Shown: in pieces, positions 30,902 through 47,578 of the stretch | Layout: every line of letters starts with the position of its first letter | Numbering within the stretch: the first letter of the stretch is position 1 | DNA from: the human T2T-CHM13v2.0 reference genome, Homo sapiens | Length of the DNA stretch: 64,000 bases | Reading direction: 5' to 3' (one strand) | NCBI RefSeq assembly: GCF_009914755.1 | Contig: NC_060935.1 | The notes under the pieces: model-generated | What the model was told of the DNA's origin: nothing | The model's input: the letters and a program-made list of their open reading frames with translations, nothing else | The model's database searches: none | Program-made: the position numbers and the translations under genes

Positions 30902-31785
30902 AGTAAAACCCTTTTGAGGGAAGAGGGAGACTGGGGAGAAGGGAAAAGAGAGAAGGCAGGGAGAGTAGGGAGAGAAAACCTTCCAGCAGCCCAGTAAACT
31001 GCGGGCGAAGAGATCTACCCGTCTCCCTCCCTCCCACAGTTACCATTGGCCTTGTCATCGCAAGCATTTGACAAAGACTTGCTTGTCTTGGGCCTGTCAC
31101 CTCCTGAAAGGCTGCTTTAGCTGTGGATGCCCTTGATTAAGGGAGAGAGCGCCTAGGAGCTGCCTGCCCCAGCTGGGGTGACGGCTGTAGGGCTGGGTCT
31201 ATGTTGCAAGCCCTATATCCTAGCATGCAGTGGAAAGTGCTTAGCTCTCTCCCTCCTGACCTCTGGGCAGCCAGTCATCAAAGCAGAGAGACGTGGCGGC
31301 ATGTGGGCAGCATGCCCAGGTTCCTTGCTGACTCAGCACTTATTTCTGTAGTTTTAAAAAAGAATTTAATGTTTTTGGTTGTATTTTTTTGGGGGGGTGA
31401 GGGTGGGCAAAAACATGGGGGGAGTTCTGAGTTGTTAGAAATGTTTCTGAATCAAGTTTGTTTGAAGACACGTGTGCCTTTGTACCCATTATAAGATGGT
31501 CATAAGACCCAAGAACTGATAAGCTTTGGTTTTTTTTTTGTTTTGTTTTGTTTTTTGCTTCATTTACCCATTCATGCCTAGGGTTCCATTATTGGAACCC
31601 TAAGCTTGTGGGAGTTATTTCTATCCTACTGCTCAAGGTCATCACCAAGATCTGATTTTTCATAAAAAACATTTGTGACCTTCGGCATAAATGGGTTAAG
31701 GTGCCATCCCTGAAACTGCAATGCAGATATGTTCAGATAACTTTTATTTTTTAATTAAAAATAAATCTTTCAAAAGGATTGAGTG
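30902..31785 (+). other. BARX2: BARX2 3' UTR (3' end approximate)
   Basis: No recognisable repeats between the stop codon and the poly(A) signals; contains U-rich tracts. Confidence 0.85.
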
Positions 31786-31800
31786 TTTTGTGTCTTCTGA
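31754..31800 (+). terminator. Polyadenylation signal: ATTAAA 31754-31759, AATAAA 31760-31765, downstream GT-rich element
   Basis: Adjacent hexamers preceded by a T-rich stretch and followed by GAGTGTTTTGTGTCTT at 31781-31796. Confidence 0.88.
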
Positions 31801-32136
31801 GGAGTGTATCTAACCCTTCCTGAATGTGTCCTATGGGAAGAGAGATCCAGAGAGTGAACCAAACTAGGGGGGCCACCTTTTCCCCATCTATAAAACAAAG
31901 GATTGGGCCAGGCCATTGGTGTCCAAGTGCTGAGAGCTGTGGGAGTGGAACCGAGCCTCCGGGATGAGGACAGGGCAGAGTAGCTAGGCTCTCCCTTCCA
32001 CCTCTCCCACCGCCTTCTGCCAGAGCAGCTCCCTTCTCAGCCGCTTCACATTTGGGGCGTCCAATGGTCTTACTTTTTTAAAGAGGTAAGAAATGTATAT
32101 GCTTCAAAAGTCAAAACTATAAAAAAAGAAGTCTTG

Positions 32137-32456
<320 letters not shown>

Positions 32457-33477
32457 TTGCTTCCACCCTGCCCTCTCCTCCCCTGAATCCCCGGTAGGTA
32501 ATTATTTTTATTGGTTTCTTGTTCATCTTTCCAGGGTTTCTTGACTAAGTATTCATTTGGATGATGGGCTCTGCAACTTTTAACAAAAGAAGACCTGAGA
32601 ACTACTTGACTAGATGTGCTGGGTGATTTTAAATTTAAAAATGGTGTTCCACGTTAATTTAAGACCAAAAAGAAGGAGGCTCTAGACTTCCTAGCAGGAG
32701 GACTCTGCCTCTGTTTTTTTTTTGTCTGATTCTCATGCATTCTGGCCCAGAGCCTGATCTCAGAGGGGTCACCTTTATGATCACTGCCCCAGCGTGCTCA
32801 CCTGTGATGGCTTACAGGGCCGAGTGCCCATTTAGTGGACTCTCAGTTATTAATTACACACAAACTCTGCCCAGTTGCAGGCTTGGAGAATACCAACTTT
32901 CAACAGTGGCCTCAACAAGGAAGCCAAATCTGTTACTACTTCTGTAAAACAATCACATAATTCATTTCAAAGTTAAACAGGAAAGATCCGCGTGTTTTCC
33001 ATCACCTGGCAGGCCGCCTGCTTTTCTCCATTAACAATCAGAAAGTGACTGCAATTTTGACTTTGCCAAGGCAGTGCCTCATCCCCTTTGTTATTGAGAT
33101 CAACAGAGAAAGCAGTCTTTTTCTTAACTCTTGTGAATAGACAAAGGAGGGGAGGATTTGGCTTCTGAGAACCAGTTTGAGCAGACCACACCTAGCTGCC
33201 TGTGCGAGGTTGCTTGCACCAAGCAGGCAGAACGCTGTCTCCTCCACCTGTAGCCCACCCCATGGTACAGTTTTATGATCTGCCTACCAGGTGGTGTCAC
33301 AATGAGCCAAAGAATGTGCACAATGGCCAAAGTAAGCCGGTGGGTCAGTGTTAGTTCTGTGTCAATCCTAAGGAAGTGTTCTGTCCCATTCGCGCCACCC
33401 CAGAGAGGCCTCCTGTCTGGATGCTGGCTTCCCAGGATGGTGTTCCATCTCTTGCCCTGGGCTCCCATGATGTCCTT

Positions 33478-33689
33478 TTCTTTTTTTTTAAGTTCAGGGG
33501 TACATCTGCAGGTTTGTTACATCGGTAAGTTTGTGTCATGGGGGTTCGTTGTACAGATGATTTCATTGCCCAGGTATTTCAGCCTAGTACCCATTAGTTA
33601 TTTTTCCTGATGCTCTCCCTCCTCCCACCGTCCTCCCTCTGGTAGGCGCCAGTGTATTTTTTTTCCCCCTCTATGTGTCCATGTGTTTT
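33478..33689 (-). mobile_element. Older L1PA 3' end with TSD
   Basis: AAGTTCAGGGGTACATCTGCAGGTTTGTTAC; CATGATGTCCT at 33466-33476 and 33690-33700. Confidence 0.88.
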
Positions 33690-33997
33690 CATGATGTCCT
33701 CTTCTGAGGTGCCTGACAGTGACTGTCACCGCACAATATACGTGTCCATACACAGTGGTATTCCTGAGCGCTGGGTTCTGGGAGCTATTTCGGACCTCCG
33801 ACTCTCACTCCTTGGCATGCGACCTGTGCTTTTGTGTCTTGCCTGTAGGGGTTGAATTCATTGGTGAAGGTAAGACCTCTGATGATCTTTCCTTGTGTTT
33901 TGGAGGGTCCAAGCCCAAGACTTTGGCTTGTCTTCCAGCCTCAGTTATGCGTAGCTTTGCCTGGTGACCCAGAGAGGCCAGGCTGGGCCTTTTAAAA

Positions 33998-35110
33998 TGT
34001 TATTTTTTTAATTGACAAATAAAAATTGTGTATATTTATGGGGTATAACATGATGTTTTGAAACATGTATGCATTGTGGAATGGCTAAATCAAGCTAATT
34101 AACATATGCATGACCTCACATATTTATCTATGGTGAAAGCACTTAAAATCTACTCTCTCAGCAATTTTCATGTATACATAATTCACAATAGTCACCATGT
34201 TGTACAATACACCTCTTGAACTTATTTCTCCTAACTGAAATTTTGTACCCTTTGACCAACATCTCTCCAACCTCCCTCTACCCGCTACCGCTGGCAATCA
34301 CCATTTTACTCTTTGCTTCTGTAAGTTCAGCTTTTTTAGATTCCACATGAAAGTAACCTAAACGCCCATCAATGATAGACTGGATGAAGAAAATGTGTTA
34401 CATATACACCATAGAATACTATGCAACCATAAAAAAGAACAAGATCATGTCCTTTGCAGGGACATGGATGGAGCTGGATGGAGGCCATTATCCTCAGCAA
34501 ACTAACGCAGGAACAGAAAACCAATTACCACATGTTCTCACTTATAAGTGGGAGCTGAATGATGAGAACACATGGACATATGGCGGAGAACACCACACAC
34601 TGGAGGCTTTCAGAGGGTGGAGGGTGGGAGGAGGGAGAAGATCAGGAAAAACAACTAATGGGCACTAGGCATAATACCTGGGTGATGAAATAATCTGTAT
34701 AACAAACCCCCATGACGTAAGTTTACCTCTGTAACAAACCCACGCTTATGCCCGGAGCTTAAAAGTTAAAAATAAAGAAAGTGACAATATGAGATATTTA
34801 TCTTCCTGTGTCTGGCTTATTTCCCTTAACATAATGTCCTCCAGGCCATCATGTCACCACAAATGACAGGATTCCCTTCTCTTTAAAGGCTGAGTAGCAT
34901 TCCATTGTGTATATAGACCACATTTTTTCTCTCCATTCTTCTGGTGATGGACACTTAGGTTGTTTCCATAGCTTGGCTATTGTGACTGCGGCTGCAGCAA
35001 ACATGGGGGTGCAAGTATCTCTAACACGCTGATTTAATTTCCTTTGGTGTACACCCAGGAGTGAGATTGCTGGGTCATATGGTAGTTCCACTTTTAATTT
35101 TTTGAGGAAA
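33998..35110 (-). mobile_element. L1MA 3' end interrupted by a + strand L1PA fragment (34355-34778)
   Basis: TTTAATTGACAAATAAAAATTGTGTATATTTATGGGG start; antisense L1 resumes after 34780; GAAAGT on both sides of the inner element. Confidence 0.85.
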
Positions 35111-36072
35111 GGGCTGGCCTTTTGAATGTGAATAGGGACCCTGCTGTCTGAGCCCTGCTTAAGAGCCAAGCCCTGCTCCTCCAACTTCATCCTTCCCTTT
35201 TTTCCCCCGGTTCCCAAGGCTTGTGACTGGCAACCAGAAACCAGCTTCACAGCTTTGCTCTGAAGCATGTTGAGTTGGAGGCAGTCCTGTGTGGGTCTGG
35301 AGCAGGGCTACGCAGCGATCTCCAGCATGGAGCGCACTTTCCTCTCTCAGCTTCTTTCTCTGGGTGTCTCAATTTTTGCTTTCCCACGGCCATTTACCTT
35401 TCCAGGCCTTGACAAACAAAAGCATCCTCTCCCTTTTCCGGCATCCAGGATAGTGGCCCCTGCAAGTTCAGGGTGTTACGCAACACCCTGCTGCTGTTTT
35501 GAAGTTTTCCAGAAAAAGGAGAGAGCCATGACAAGTTCTCAGGAATCTGACGTGGAGAAGCTGACCTCTTAGGGACTTCAGCTCTCTCCTCTAGAAGTGT
35601 CTCTCCTCTAGGAGGCTTGGATTGCACTTACACAAGCACATTGCCCTTCTGCAGCCCCCTTGGGCTTTGAAATGGGCTGTTACCTCCAGTTTTATACAAA
35701 CTCATTAATCACAGAGAGCTTAATGTCTTTCCTGGGGTCCTATGGTTACTCAGGGGCCTTGCTGGGAACTAAGGTCCCAGGCCAGACTCCCTGCAGTGAG
35801 TCTTTGCCATTAGCACGCCTTCCCTCCTCCTGGAAACGCTGCAGTGGAAAAGCTCCCTGCACTCAGTTTTCTTCCCAGTGCAGGGATTTGGAGGTGGGGG
35901 ATTCCTGCCTCTGCCTCCGCGGTGTGCATCTTAACTGCTAAAAAGCGAAGAATTCCTGGAGCAGGTCCCAGACTCCAAGTCTGCGCGTCTGAGTTCCTGT
36001 TCTGGATCACTGTGCCCTCGGTTTGCTTACACAGGTTCTGCAAAGTTTTGCGAAGACACAACAGCAGCCCTG

Positions 36073-36364
<292 letters not shown>

Positions 36365-39121
36365 CCAGCAGCCCCACCTTGACAGCCAGTTACCACATAG
36401 GTCTCATGCTATGAGCCATGAGCCCTCAAACTCGTCTGAACAGATCTGTCCAAAACCAGCCTTTCTGAGGCTGGCTTAAGGTTTCTCCGAGTCTGGCCAG
36501 TTCTAGAACTGTCTTGAAGAGGGGGTATGAGGGCACTGTGAGCCTTTTCTCCCATCCACAGAGTGCTTAGAGTTCAGCCACCCTTCTCATGACCCTTGAA
36601 CTTTATTCCACCTCAGCCTTGCCCCACGACCCTGGGCTGGGTCTGGCTTAGAACTGGACTGGAGGCTATGAAGCTCTGTCCTCCTTAGAAATACTGTTTT
36701 GTTAGCCTGGCCTAGTGTCCGCTCAGCAGAAAGTGAGCAGGGACTTAGCAGTCACCTGGCTGACAGTCTGCATTAAAGACCATCCCAAGGGCTTCCCCCC
36801 ACTCTCTCTCCCACCCGGATCAACGCTAGCTGGTAGTCGGATCGTCTGGCAGTTTTCCATAGGTGCTACCTAAATCTTCCCCCGCATTGTATTTGAAAGG
36901 AACCTTTGAGGGGCAGGTAGTGTTGGGGTTAAAGAGCTAAAACATGCTTTGCACAAAAACTTGTTTCTCAGGATTTCTACGCATTTAATTGCCTGTGTTT
37001 GCCTACAGCCCTGAGTGTCTCTGTTGCTCTTTGTGTAAATATCTCCTCTTCCAGTCCCCTCCCACTCTCCACGTGGTAGCCCTTGTTAGTGCTGTGTCCC
37101 TTCCAGGCACAGCAGTATCTCTCCTCCTCTTTTGACTCTGCCCTAGAGTGCCCTGTGGCCAAGGGTCCTTTCTTCTGGCCACCTGGCTTGCCTCTTTCTT
37201 AGGCTTCTCAGCATAATGGTTTGAAGTCACCATTCCCTGCAAGTGTTCTTAATTAACCTCACCTTTTCTCCAGTCTATTCTGTTAACTCCTGCCTCGTCT
37301 CTTCCTCTTAATGCCCCATTTGTAATTATCATTGCGGTCCTGACATATTTCCAGGGGACATGGATTAGTTTTTTTCCCCGACTAGAGTGTAAATTCCTCG
37401 AGGCGTTTTTTTCAGTTTATATGTTCTGAGTTCCTTTTGCTGTGCTGAAGTCTCCAAAGCCCAAAGACAGGACTTAGAGGATCTGGATTCTCGTGGTCTC
37501 CAGCTGACTTCTGTCTTGGAGGCTTCTCCAGGAACTCAGCTTTCAGGATTGGAGCCAAAATCTCAGAATAAGCAGCAGCCAGAGACATCCTTTCCATTTT
37601 GCAGAGGGGTAAACTGGAAGAGATGGCAACGACTTGAGAGAGGGCCTCAAGGCCAACCAGGACCAGAGCCGGTGCAGCCCTGCCCTTAGAAAGCAGTGCC
37701 TGGGACCTCCTACCACCAGAAGCTCGTCAGCCACCATCCATGCCAACAAGTATTTCTTCAACATTTATTTTGTGCCTAGCCCTGTGCTAATACTATGGGA
37801 GGAAGGTGGGTGGGAGGGGGAGAAGGGGGCAAAGTAACCTGTTCCTTCCCTCAAATACACTAAAATCTTGTTGGAGAAACTTATAATCTAGTGAATTTGG
37901 GGGTGGGGCCAGGGATTCCAGCCAAGGTTTTATAATATTTACACCTCCCCTTACGCTGCACGATGGCGTTCTTTCTGGGCAAGAAAGGTGATTCATGGAA
38001 GATGCATTCCTAAGCACATCCTCACCAGGCTAAGACACTAAGAGAGGGTTCATGCCTTAGGTAGGCCTCTTGTGCCCCTGGAAGGGTGATTAACACTGGA
38101 ATAAGAGGTGTTTGCTAAATTCACCTGAGTATGCCTCTAATCCCAGGTTGTTAACCAAATCCTGGGTGGAGAATGGTTTGGGACAAGCAGGCAGATCCAG
38201 ATAATACTGTCTGTAATCTGGGCACCGATCCTGAGGAAAGTGGCTGCCACCAGCCTGGTTTCCCTGCCTTGCACTTTGCCTTTGCCTTACCCGTGGACAG
38301 TGGATGGGGCAGCCTTCCTGCCTCCTTTTCCACTCTGCTTGCACTCCATCCAGGTGTGCTCTGGCACTGGCCTCCACCTGCTGCTCTGTGCTGTCAGCCT
38401 CTGGCATCTGCAGGTCAGCCACGGCCAGGAGGGGCCGGGGCGGAAACCGCCTGCCGAGGGGTGCTGTGTAAATCACCATGACAGGCTCCTTTCATGCCTG
38501 CCGGCCTGGCCTCCTTTCTTTCCCAAACCCTCTTCCTTTCTGTTTATTTTTGTTGCGGATTTATTAGACACACAGTTAAGTGCCCATTTAGCTCTGCAAA
38601 CTGTCATCATGCCTGCTTCATGATTAAGATCATTCACTCACAAAAGCCTTTAAACATTTTTTTTAAAGAGGGTGGGGGAGGCATGGGGGACAGGAGAGGA
38701 GGAGGAAATAGTGCCCCAGGTTAGTGAGGAGGCCAAGAACAACCGAAACCCAAGCAGCGGCCTCTCCTGTAGCTCAAGAATGTAACAAGGGCCCTCACAG
38801 TTGCCCTGAATTTACCCTGTTTGTCAAGACATGTATCATCGCTCCTGCAGGATTCTGAGGTCTAGAGTTCTTCTTTGTCTGGGCTGCCAGAGAGCAGACG
38901 GTGTGGGGCGGGTTCAGTGGCTGCTGTGCACCTGCTCGAAATGGTTCCCAAGAACCTCTGGGCATGTCAGGCCAAATCTGTGCCCCTTTGGGATCCTCAG
39001 TCAATTTCCTCAATCCAAACTCTCTTGGTTTTCCCAGGGCTTCCCTCCTTCTGGTGGCATCTCTTCCCAAGCACCTGGCTCCTTAAACACACAAATTGCT
39101 CAGCTGAAAGTAGCAAGAGTC

Positions 39122-39277
39122 CTAAGTGTGGTGGCTCACGCCTGTAATGCCAAACACTTTGGGAGGCTGAGGTGGGAGGACTGCTTGAGCCCAGGAGGCT
39201 GAGGCTGCAGTGTGCTGTGATCATGTCACTGCACCCCAGCCTGGGCAACAGTGCAACCTTGCCACACACACACAAAA
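39122..39277 (+). mobile_element. Monomeric Alu (FRAM-like)
   Basis: Single arm ending in the right-arm CAGTG...ATCATGTCACTGCACCCCAGCCTGGGCAAC; degenerate TSD AAAG(G)TAGC[A/T]AGAG(T)CCT. Confidence 0.75.
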
Positions 39278-41418
39278 GGTAGCTAGAGCCTGGTCCAGTG
39301 TCATTTTAATGCATGTAGACTATATATCAGGCACCAGAACAAGGAAGTTCTTTATATCATCACGTTTCATCACCTCAGCAGCCCTATGCAGTAGGTCCTA
39401 TTACTGTCTCCATTTCAGAGGTGGGGAGACTGAGACTTAATGTGGCTAGGTAACTTGCAGAGTTATCAACACAGCTGGGAGGTTTTTTATCCTTATATTG
39501 GGCCTGTGCTTACCTCCAAGGAGTCTGAGTTGGCCAAGCCTGATCTCAGAGCAGAGTGCCGAGGCAGGCTGACCCTGCACCCCCCAGCATGGGTGGGTGC
39601 CCCTGCCCCTACACTGCTGTAATGGGGCCATCTCTCACAGCCTACTCTCACTGTTTAGGGTGCAGTCCTCCCCTCGAGTGTGAATGATCAAGCCCTCCAT
39701 CCACTCACCTGTACTAGCAACAAGTCTGGGTTCCCCGCCACCTCTTTGGTTGTGTATCAGGGGGTCAGGAACATTTGAGGGCATTGGAGTGTGTTGGCAC
39801 GTGCACTGACCTTGGGAGGGGTGCCAGCCTCTGGAGGAACTTGGAGGGTGAGCCCCCATCTGAAGCACAGTAACAGGACAGCGTCCTCACTGTGGTGCAG
39901 CAAGCCTCGCTAGGGTACATGGCTTCCCACATCAGAGCAGGAGGGGCACAAGTGGAAGTTTGAACCTCAGTAGATGCTCCTGGAATGCCAAGTCCTCTGT
40001 CCAAGCTGCAGATGAGGATGCTGCCCCTTCTCAGCCATTGTCGCAGTGACCGCTGAGGTCTCAGTAGCCTTGGGGCCCTGGCTCTGGCCCCAGGATCACT
40101 TGGCTTCTGCTCCTTAAAGGCCCGGAGCTACTCTTCCTTTCGCTGCTCCCCCATCTCTTTTTCTTCTCTGGTTTCTCTTTTGGCATTTCTTTTTATTTGC
40201 AGTGTGTTTTCAATGCAAATAAAGTCCATAATATGAAAAAGTTACTATGAACAGAGCATAATTACACACATACAATGAACAGTCAAAACAGATGTTCCAC
40301 AAGCAAATATGAACCAAGAAGGAGTGTTCATTCACCCATACAGAAGCTTGGGATGTGTTGGAGCTGGTTGTTTTGTATTGCTTTCTAAGGATGGCAAATA
40401 TTTGCTTTTGTTATCAAAGGTACTATGCTTGCTGGGCCCTGGAACACCAGTGCGTGGTCATGGGAATCAGAGACTTCAATGGGTGCATATTTCTAAAGGC
40501 TTTTGCCCTCGGAGGCAGCTGTAAAAAACTTTCCAGAATTGAGCCAATTCTAGACTTAGTGGCAGGATCTGACTATTTAAAGCATCAGCTGATATAGAGT
40601 GCTCCAAAGACAGCTAACTTTATTCATAAAGGTGAAAAAAAGTATTTATAGACATAGCATACCAGAATTTTTGGGAGGTGAGTTTCCAATGTTCAATTTA
40701 CTTTATTTTTGACATTTTGAAAATTAAATAAATCTTTTACAATTTTACATATATTTTACATATGTTGAAATAAAAAGCTCTAATTTAAAGTTATTTGGGG
40801 TCATATTCCTGTAGCTAAAAGAATCCAGCCCTCTTTTGGTGAATGGGGATGTGTGAAAGGAAATATCTAACTTTTGACCTTTTTAACACATAAACCAGAT
40901 TTAATAACTAGCCTTAGACTTTGAGTAGCTTCCAGTCCATCATTGCCCTGGCACATGTCAATTACTTACAGCAAGTTAAATGCAAAACCCTAGAAAAGAC
41001 AATTTAGTTCCCAAGAGAACAGTAAAGGCTTAGCAATGGAAAACTTTAGAGCACATGAGCACTAAATTAGCATTGCTGAAACAATATGAAACATGGAAAC
41101 TTTTCATATTATCTAAGACTTTTATAAAGCCTTATAGATTTCATAAGCCAAAGTGAAAACTGAATCTCCATTCCACATCCTATTCTTTTACTCTAGATCA
41201 GAGGAAGTCTTCTGATTTTTATTCCCAAGACAGAGCATTTAGATGTCCAAATTTCCTGAGCCATATTTAATAAATTTACATCTCCTTTCAGTCTTGAATG
41301 AAAAATTCCATTTGCCTGATTTGTCATAGGCATCCACCATCCAATTAAATCCCTCTCCAATCACATTTGGGATTCTCAATATTTTCCTAATCATATTTAT
41401 GTCAATAAAATTAAAGTG

Positions 41419-44820
<3,402 letters not shown>

Positions 44821-45119
44821 AAATTAAGGAGAAAATTTAATAGATTTGGTAAGAACATTTTGTAGTTCTTGATTTCTTTTATTGCCATTCTGGACTTCGA
44901 GAAGTAGCCTTCCCAATTTTGGAAAATGGGTTAGTGAAGCATGATGGCTTTTGGCTGGGGCCAAGGACTTAGCCTGAGCTTATGAGCTGCTATTTCCCTT
45001 AAGTCTCTTTTCATCCACAGGTTTCTCTTCCATGTCTTTCCCCCATCTTGTAATTTTTTTTGGAAATTGAATATATTGTTCCCATCAAATTTAAAGTCAT
45101 TGATATCAGAATGAACCCA

Positions 45120-46240
45120 TGATGTATCTTATATTTTTAAAAAGTGTTTTCTAGCATGGTTCACTCAGTGGCAATGAAAACTCCTAGCACCTAGATGATA
45201 GTCTCCAAATTCTACTTCCCACTAAAAAGAACCAAGACTTCTTACAGGAATGGATCATCCAGATCTGGGGCAGGCCTTGTGTAAGTTTTGCTTGGAATAT
45301 CTTATCATGCCAGAAAGCAGTGAAGCTATCAAACACTACTAGGTCATGTCAAAAGGATGTAGAGGACAGAGGAACTAACTTGAAGAGGCTTCTGTCAACT
45401 TAAAGTGGAACAATGCAAGTATCAGTAAGAATACTAATTGTAATGGATTATAGCACATCAAATATGTAAAAATCCATGCATTCAGAATTTTAAAAATAAA
45501 ACAAAATCCTTATCTTCAGAGAGAAGCTAGGAAACCAACTCATGATTTTGAAAACTAGTAAATAAAGGTGGGAAACTTGTCAGAAGCAAAACAGAGTCAC
45601 TTACATCAAACCATAACACAATGAAGCCAAGAGGCCATGAAGAAGGCAGAGGGCTCACACACAATTGCCTGATAATAGAAACTATCCCAGGAGACTTTGC
45701 TGAACTGCAATCTTTTTGCTGAAGGCCACTTAGAAAAAGATACCAGCCCAGCAACTGCCTGTTCAAGCTTGGACAGATGCCACCCTTGTTATTAATTGTA
45801 GCCAAGGATAATTGTTTCAAAACAATGTATGTAACCCTCCTCACTTTGCCTTTAAAAGTCTGCCCTACCCAGCCTCTCCAGATATGCCTGTGATCCATTA
45901 TGGCTTGTGTATCCAAACTGTCATCCTCATCACTCCCAAATAAACTTGTATGTTTTTGGAGAGCCTCTCTCTCTGTCATTAATTTAGGTTGACAAAGGGA
46001 AAGCATCAAGCATATACTCTATATAACCTGTGCCTGCAGGTAACTAAATAATTGATGAGGGGAAGTTTCTCTTTATAGAAGACAATAAGTGAACAAGAAA
46101 TTACTGATTTAGAATGCTACCTTTAGGAAACTTATTGAATTAATGAGTCTAGGTGATGTCAGTTATTATGTACATCCCAATAAAAGTACACACCACTAAC
46201 CACAAAGGAATCTTGCAAAAAAAAAAAAAAAATCAAACCT
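45120..46240 (+). mobile_element. L1MC-type 3' UTR fragment (host of the solo LTR)
   Basis: TCCCACTAAAAAGAACCAAGACT, TCTTATCATGCCAGAAAGC, TGAGGGGAAGTTTCTCTTTATAGAAG, TCTTGCAAAAA...ATCAAACCT. Confidence 0.65.
45569..45994 (+). mobile_element. ERV1 solo LTR (MER34/MER72-group-like)
   Basis: TG...CA termini ending TTTAGGTTGACA; 4-bp TSD AAGG at 45565-45568 and 45995-45998; TTTAAAA at 45851 and AATAAA at 45939-45944. Confidence 0.8.
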
Positions 46241-47578
46241 GGGGGTTTCCAGGGCAAGATGGCCTAATAGGAACAGCTCTGGTCTGCAGCTCACAGCGAG
46301 ACCAATGGAGAAGGCGGGTGATTTCCACATTTCCAACAGAGGTACCTGGTTCATCTCACTGGGACTGGTTAGACAGTGGGTGCAGCCCACAGAGGGCGGG
46401 CAGAAGCAGGGTGGGGTGTTGTTTCACCTGAGAAGTGCAAGGGGTCAGGGAACTCCTTCCTCTAACCAAGAGAACCCATGAGGGACCCCGCAGTGAGGGA
46501 CGGTGCTATCTGGCCCAGATACTATGCTTTTCCCATGGTCTTCACAACCCACAAACTAGGAGATTCCCTTGGATGCCTATACCTCAAGGGCCCTGGGTTT
46601 CAAGCACAAAACTGGGTGGCCATTTGGGCAGACACTGAGCTAGCTGCAGCAGGATTTTGTTGTACCCCAGTGGTGCCTGGAACACCAGTGAGACAGAACC
46701 ATTCACTCCCCTGGAAAGGGGGCTGAAGCCAGGGAGCCAAGTGGTCTTGCTCAGTGGAACCCACCTCCATGGAGCCCAGCAAGCTAAGACCCACTGGCTT
46801 GAAATTCTTGTTGCCAGCACAGCAGTCTGAAGTCGACCTGGAATGCTTGAGCTTGGTGGGGGAAGGGGCGTCTGCCATTACTGAGGCGTGAGCAGGCAGT
46901 TTTCCCCTCACAGTGTAAACAAAGCCCCACCAGGAAGTTCGGACTGAGTGGAACCCACCACAGTGTGGTAAAGCCACTGTAGCCAGACTGCCTCTCTAGA
47001 TTCCTTCTCTCTGGGCAGGACATCTCTGAAAGAAAGACAGCAGCCCCAGTCATGGGCTTATAGATAAAACTTCCATCTTCCTGAGACCGAGCACCTGGGG
47101 GAAGGGGCGGCTGTGGGCGCAGCTTCAACAGACTTAAACGTTCCTGCCTGCCAGCTCTGAAGAGAGCAGCGGATCTCCCAGGACAGTGCTAGAGCTCTGC
47201 TAAGGGACAGACTGCCTCCTCAAGTGGGTCCCTGACCCCCGTGCCTCCTGATCTCCCAACAGGGGTCAACAGACACCTTATACAGGAGAGCTCTGGCTGG
47301 CATCTGGCAGGTACCCCTCTGGGAAGAAGCTTCCAGAGGAAGGAGTAGACAGCAATCTTTGCTGTTCTGCAGCCTCTGCTGGTGATACCTATGCAAACAG
47401 GGTCTGGAGTGGACCCCCAGCAAACTCCAGCAGACCTGCAGAAGAGAGGCCTGACAGTCAGAAGGAAAACTAACAAACAGAAAGCAATAGCATCAACATC
47501 AACAAAAAGGATGACCACGCAAAAACTCCATCAGAAGGTCACCAATAGCAAAGACCAAAGGTAGATAAATCCATGAAC

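Noticed and set aside
30639-31100. 153-aa ORF on the - strand
   Set aside because: Antisense shadow of exon 4 and the purine-rich UTR; low-complexity L/S/P content
33284-33299. CTCF-like CTACCAGGTGGTGTCA (weaker ones near 19075 and 38451)
   Set aside because: Mismatches at informative positions; cannot be distinguished from chance without a PWM score or ChIP data
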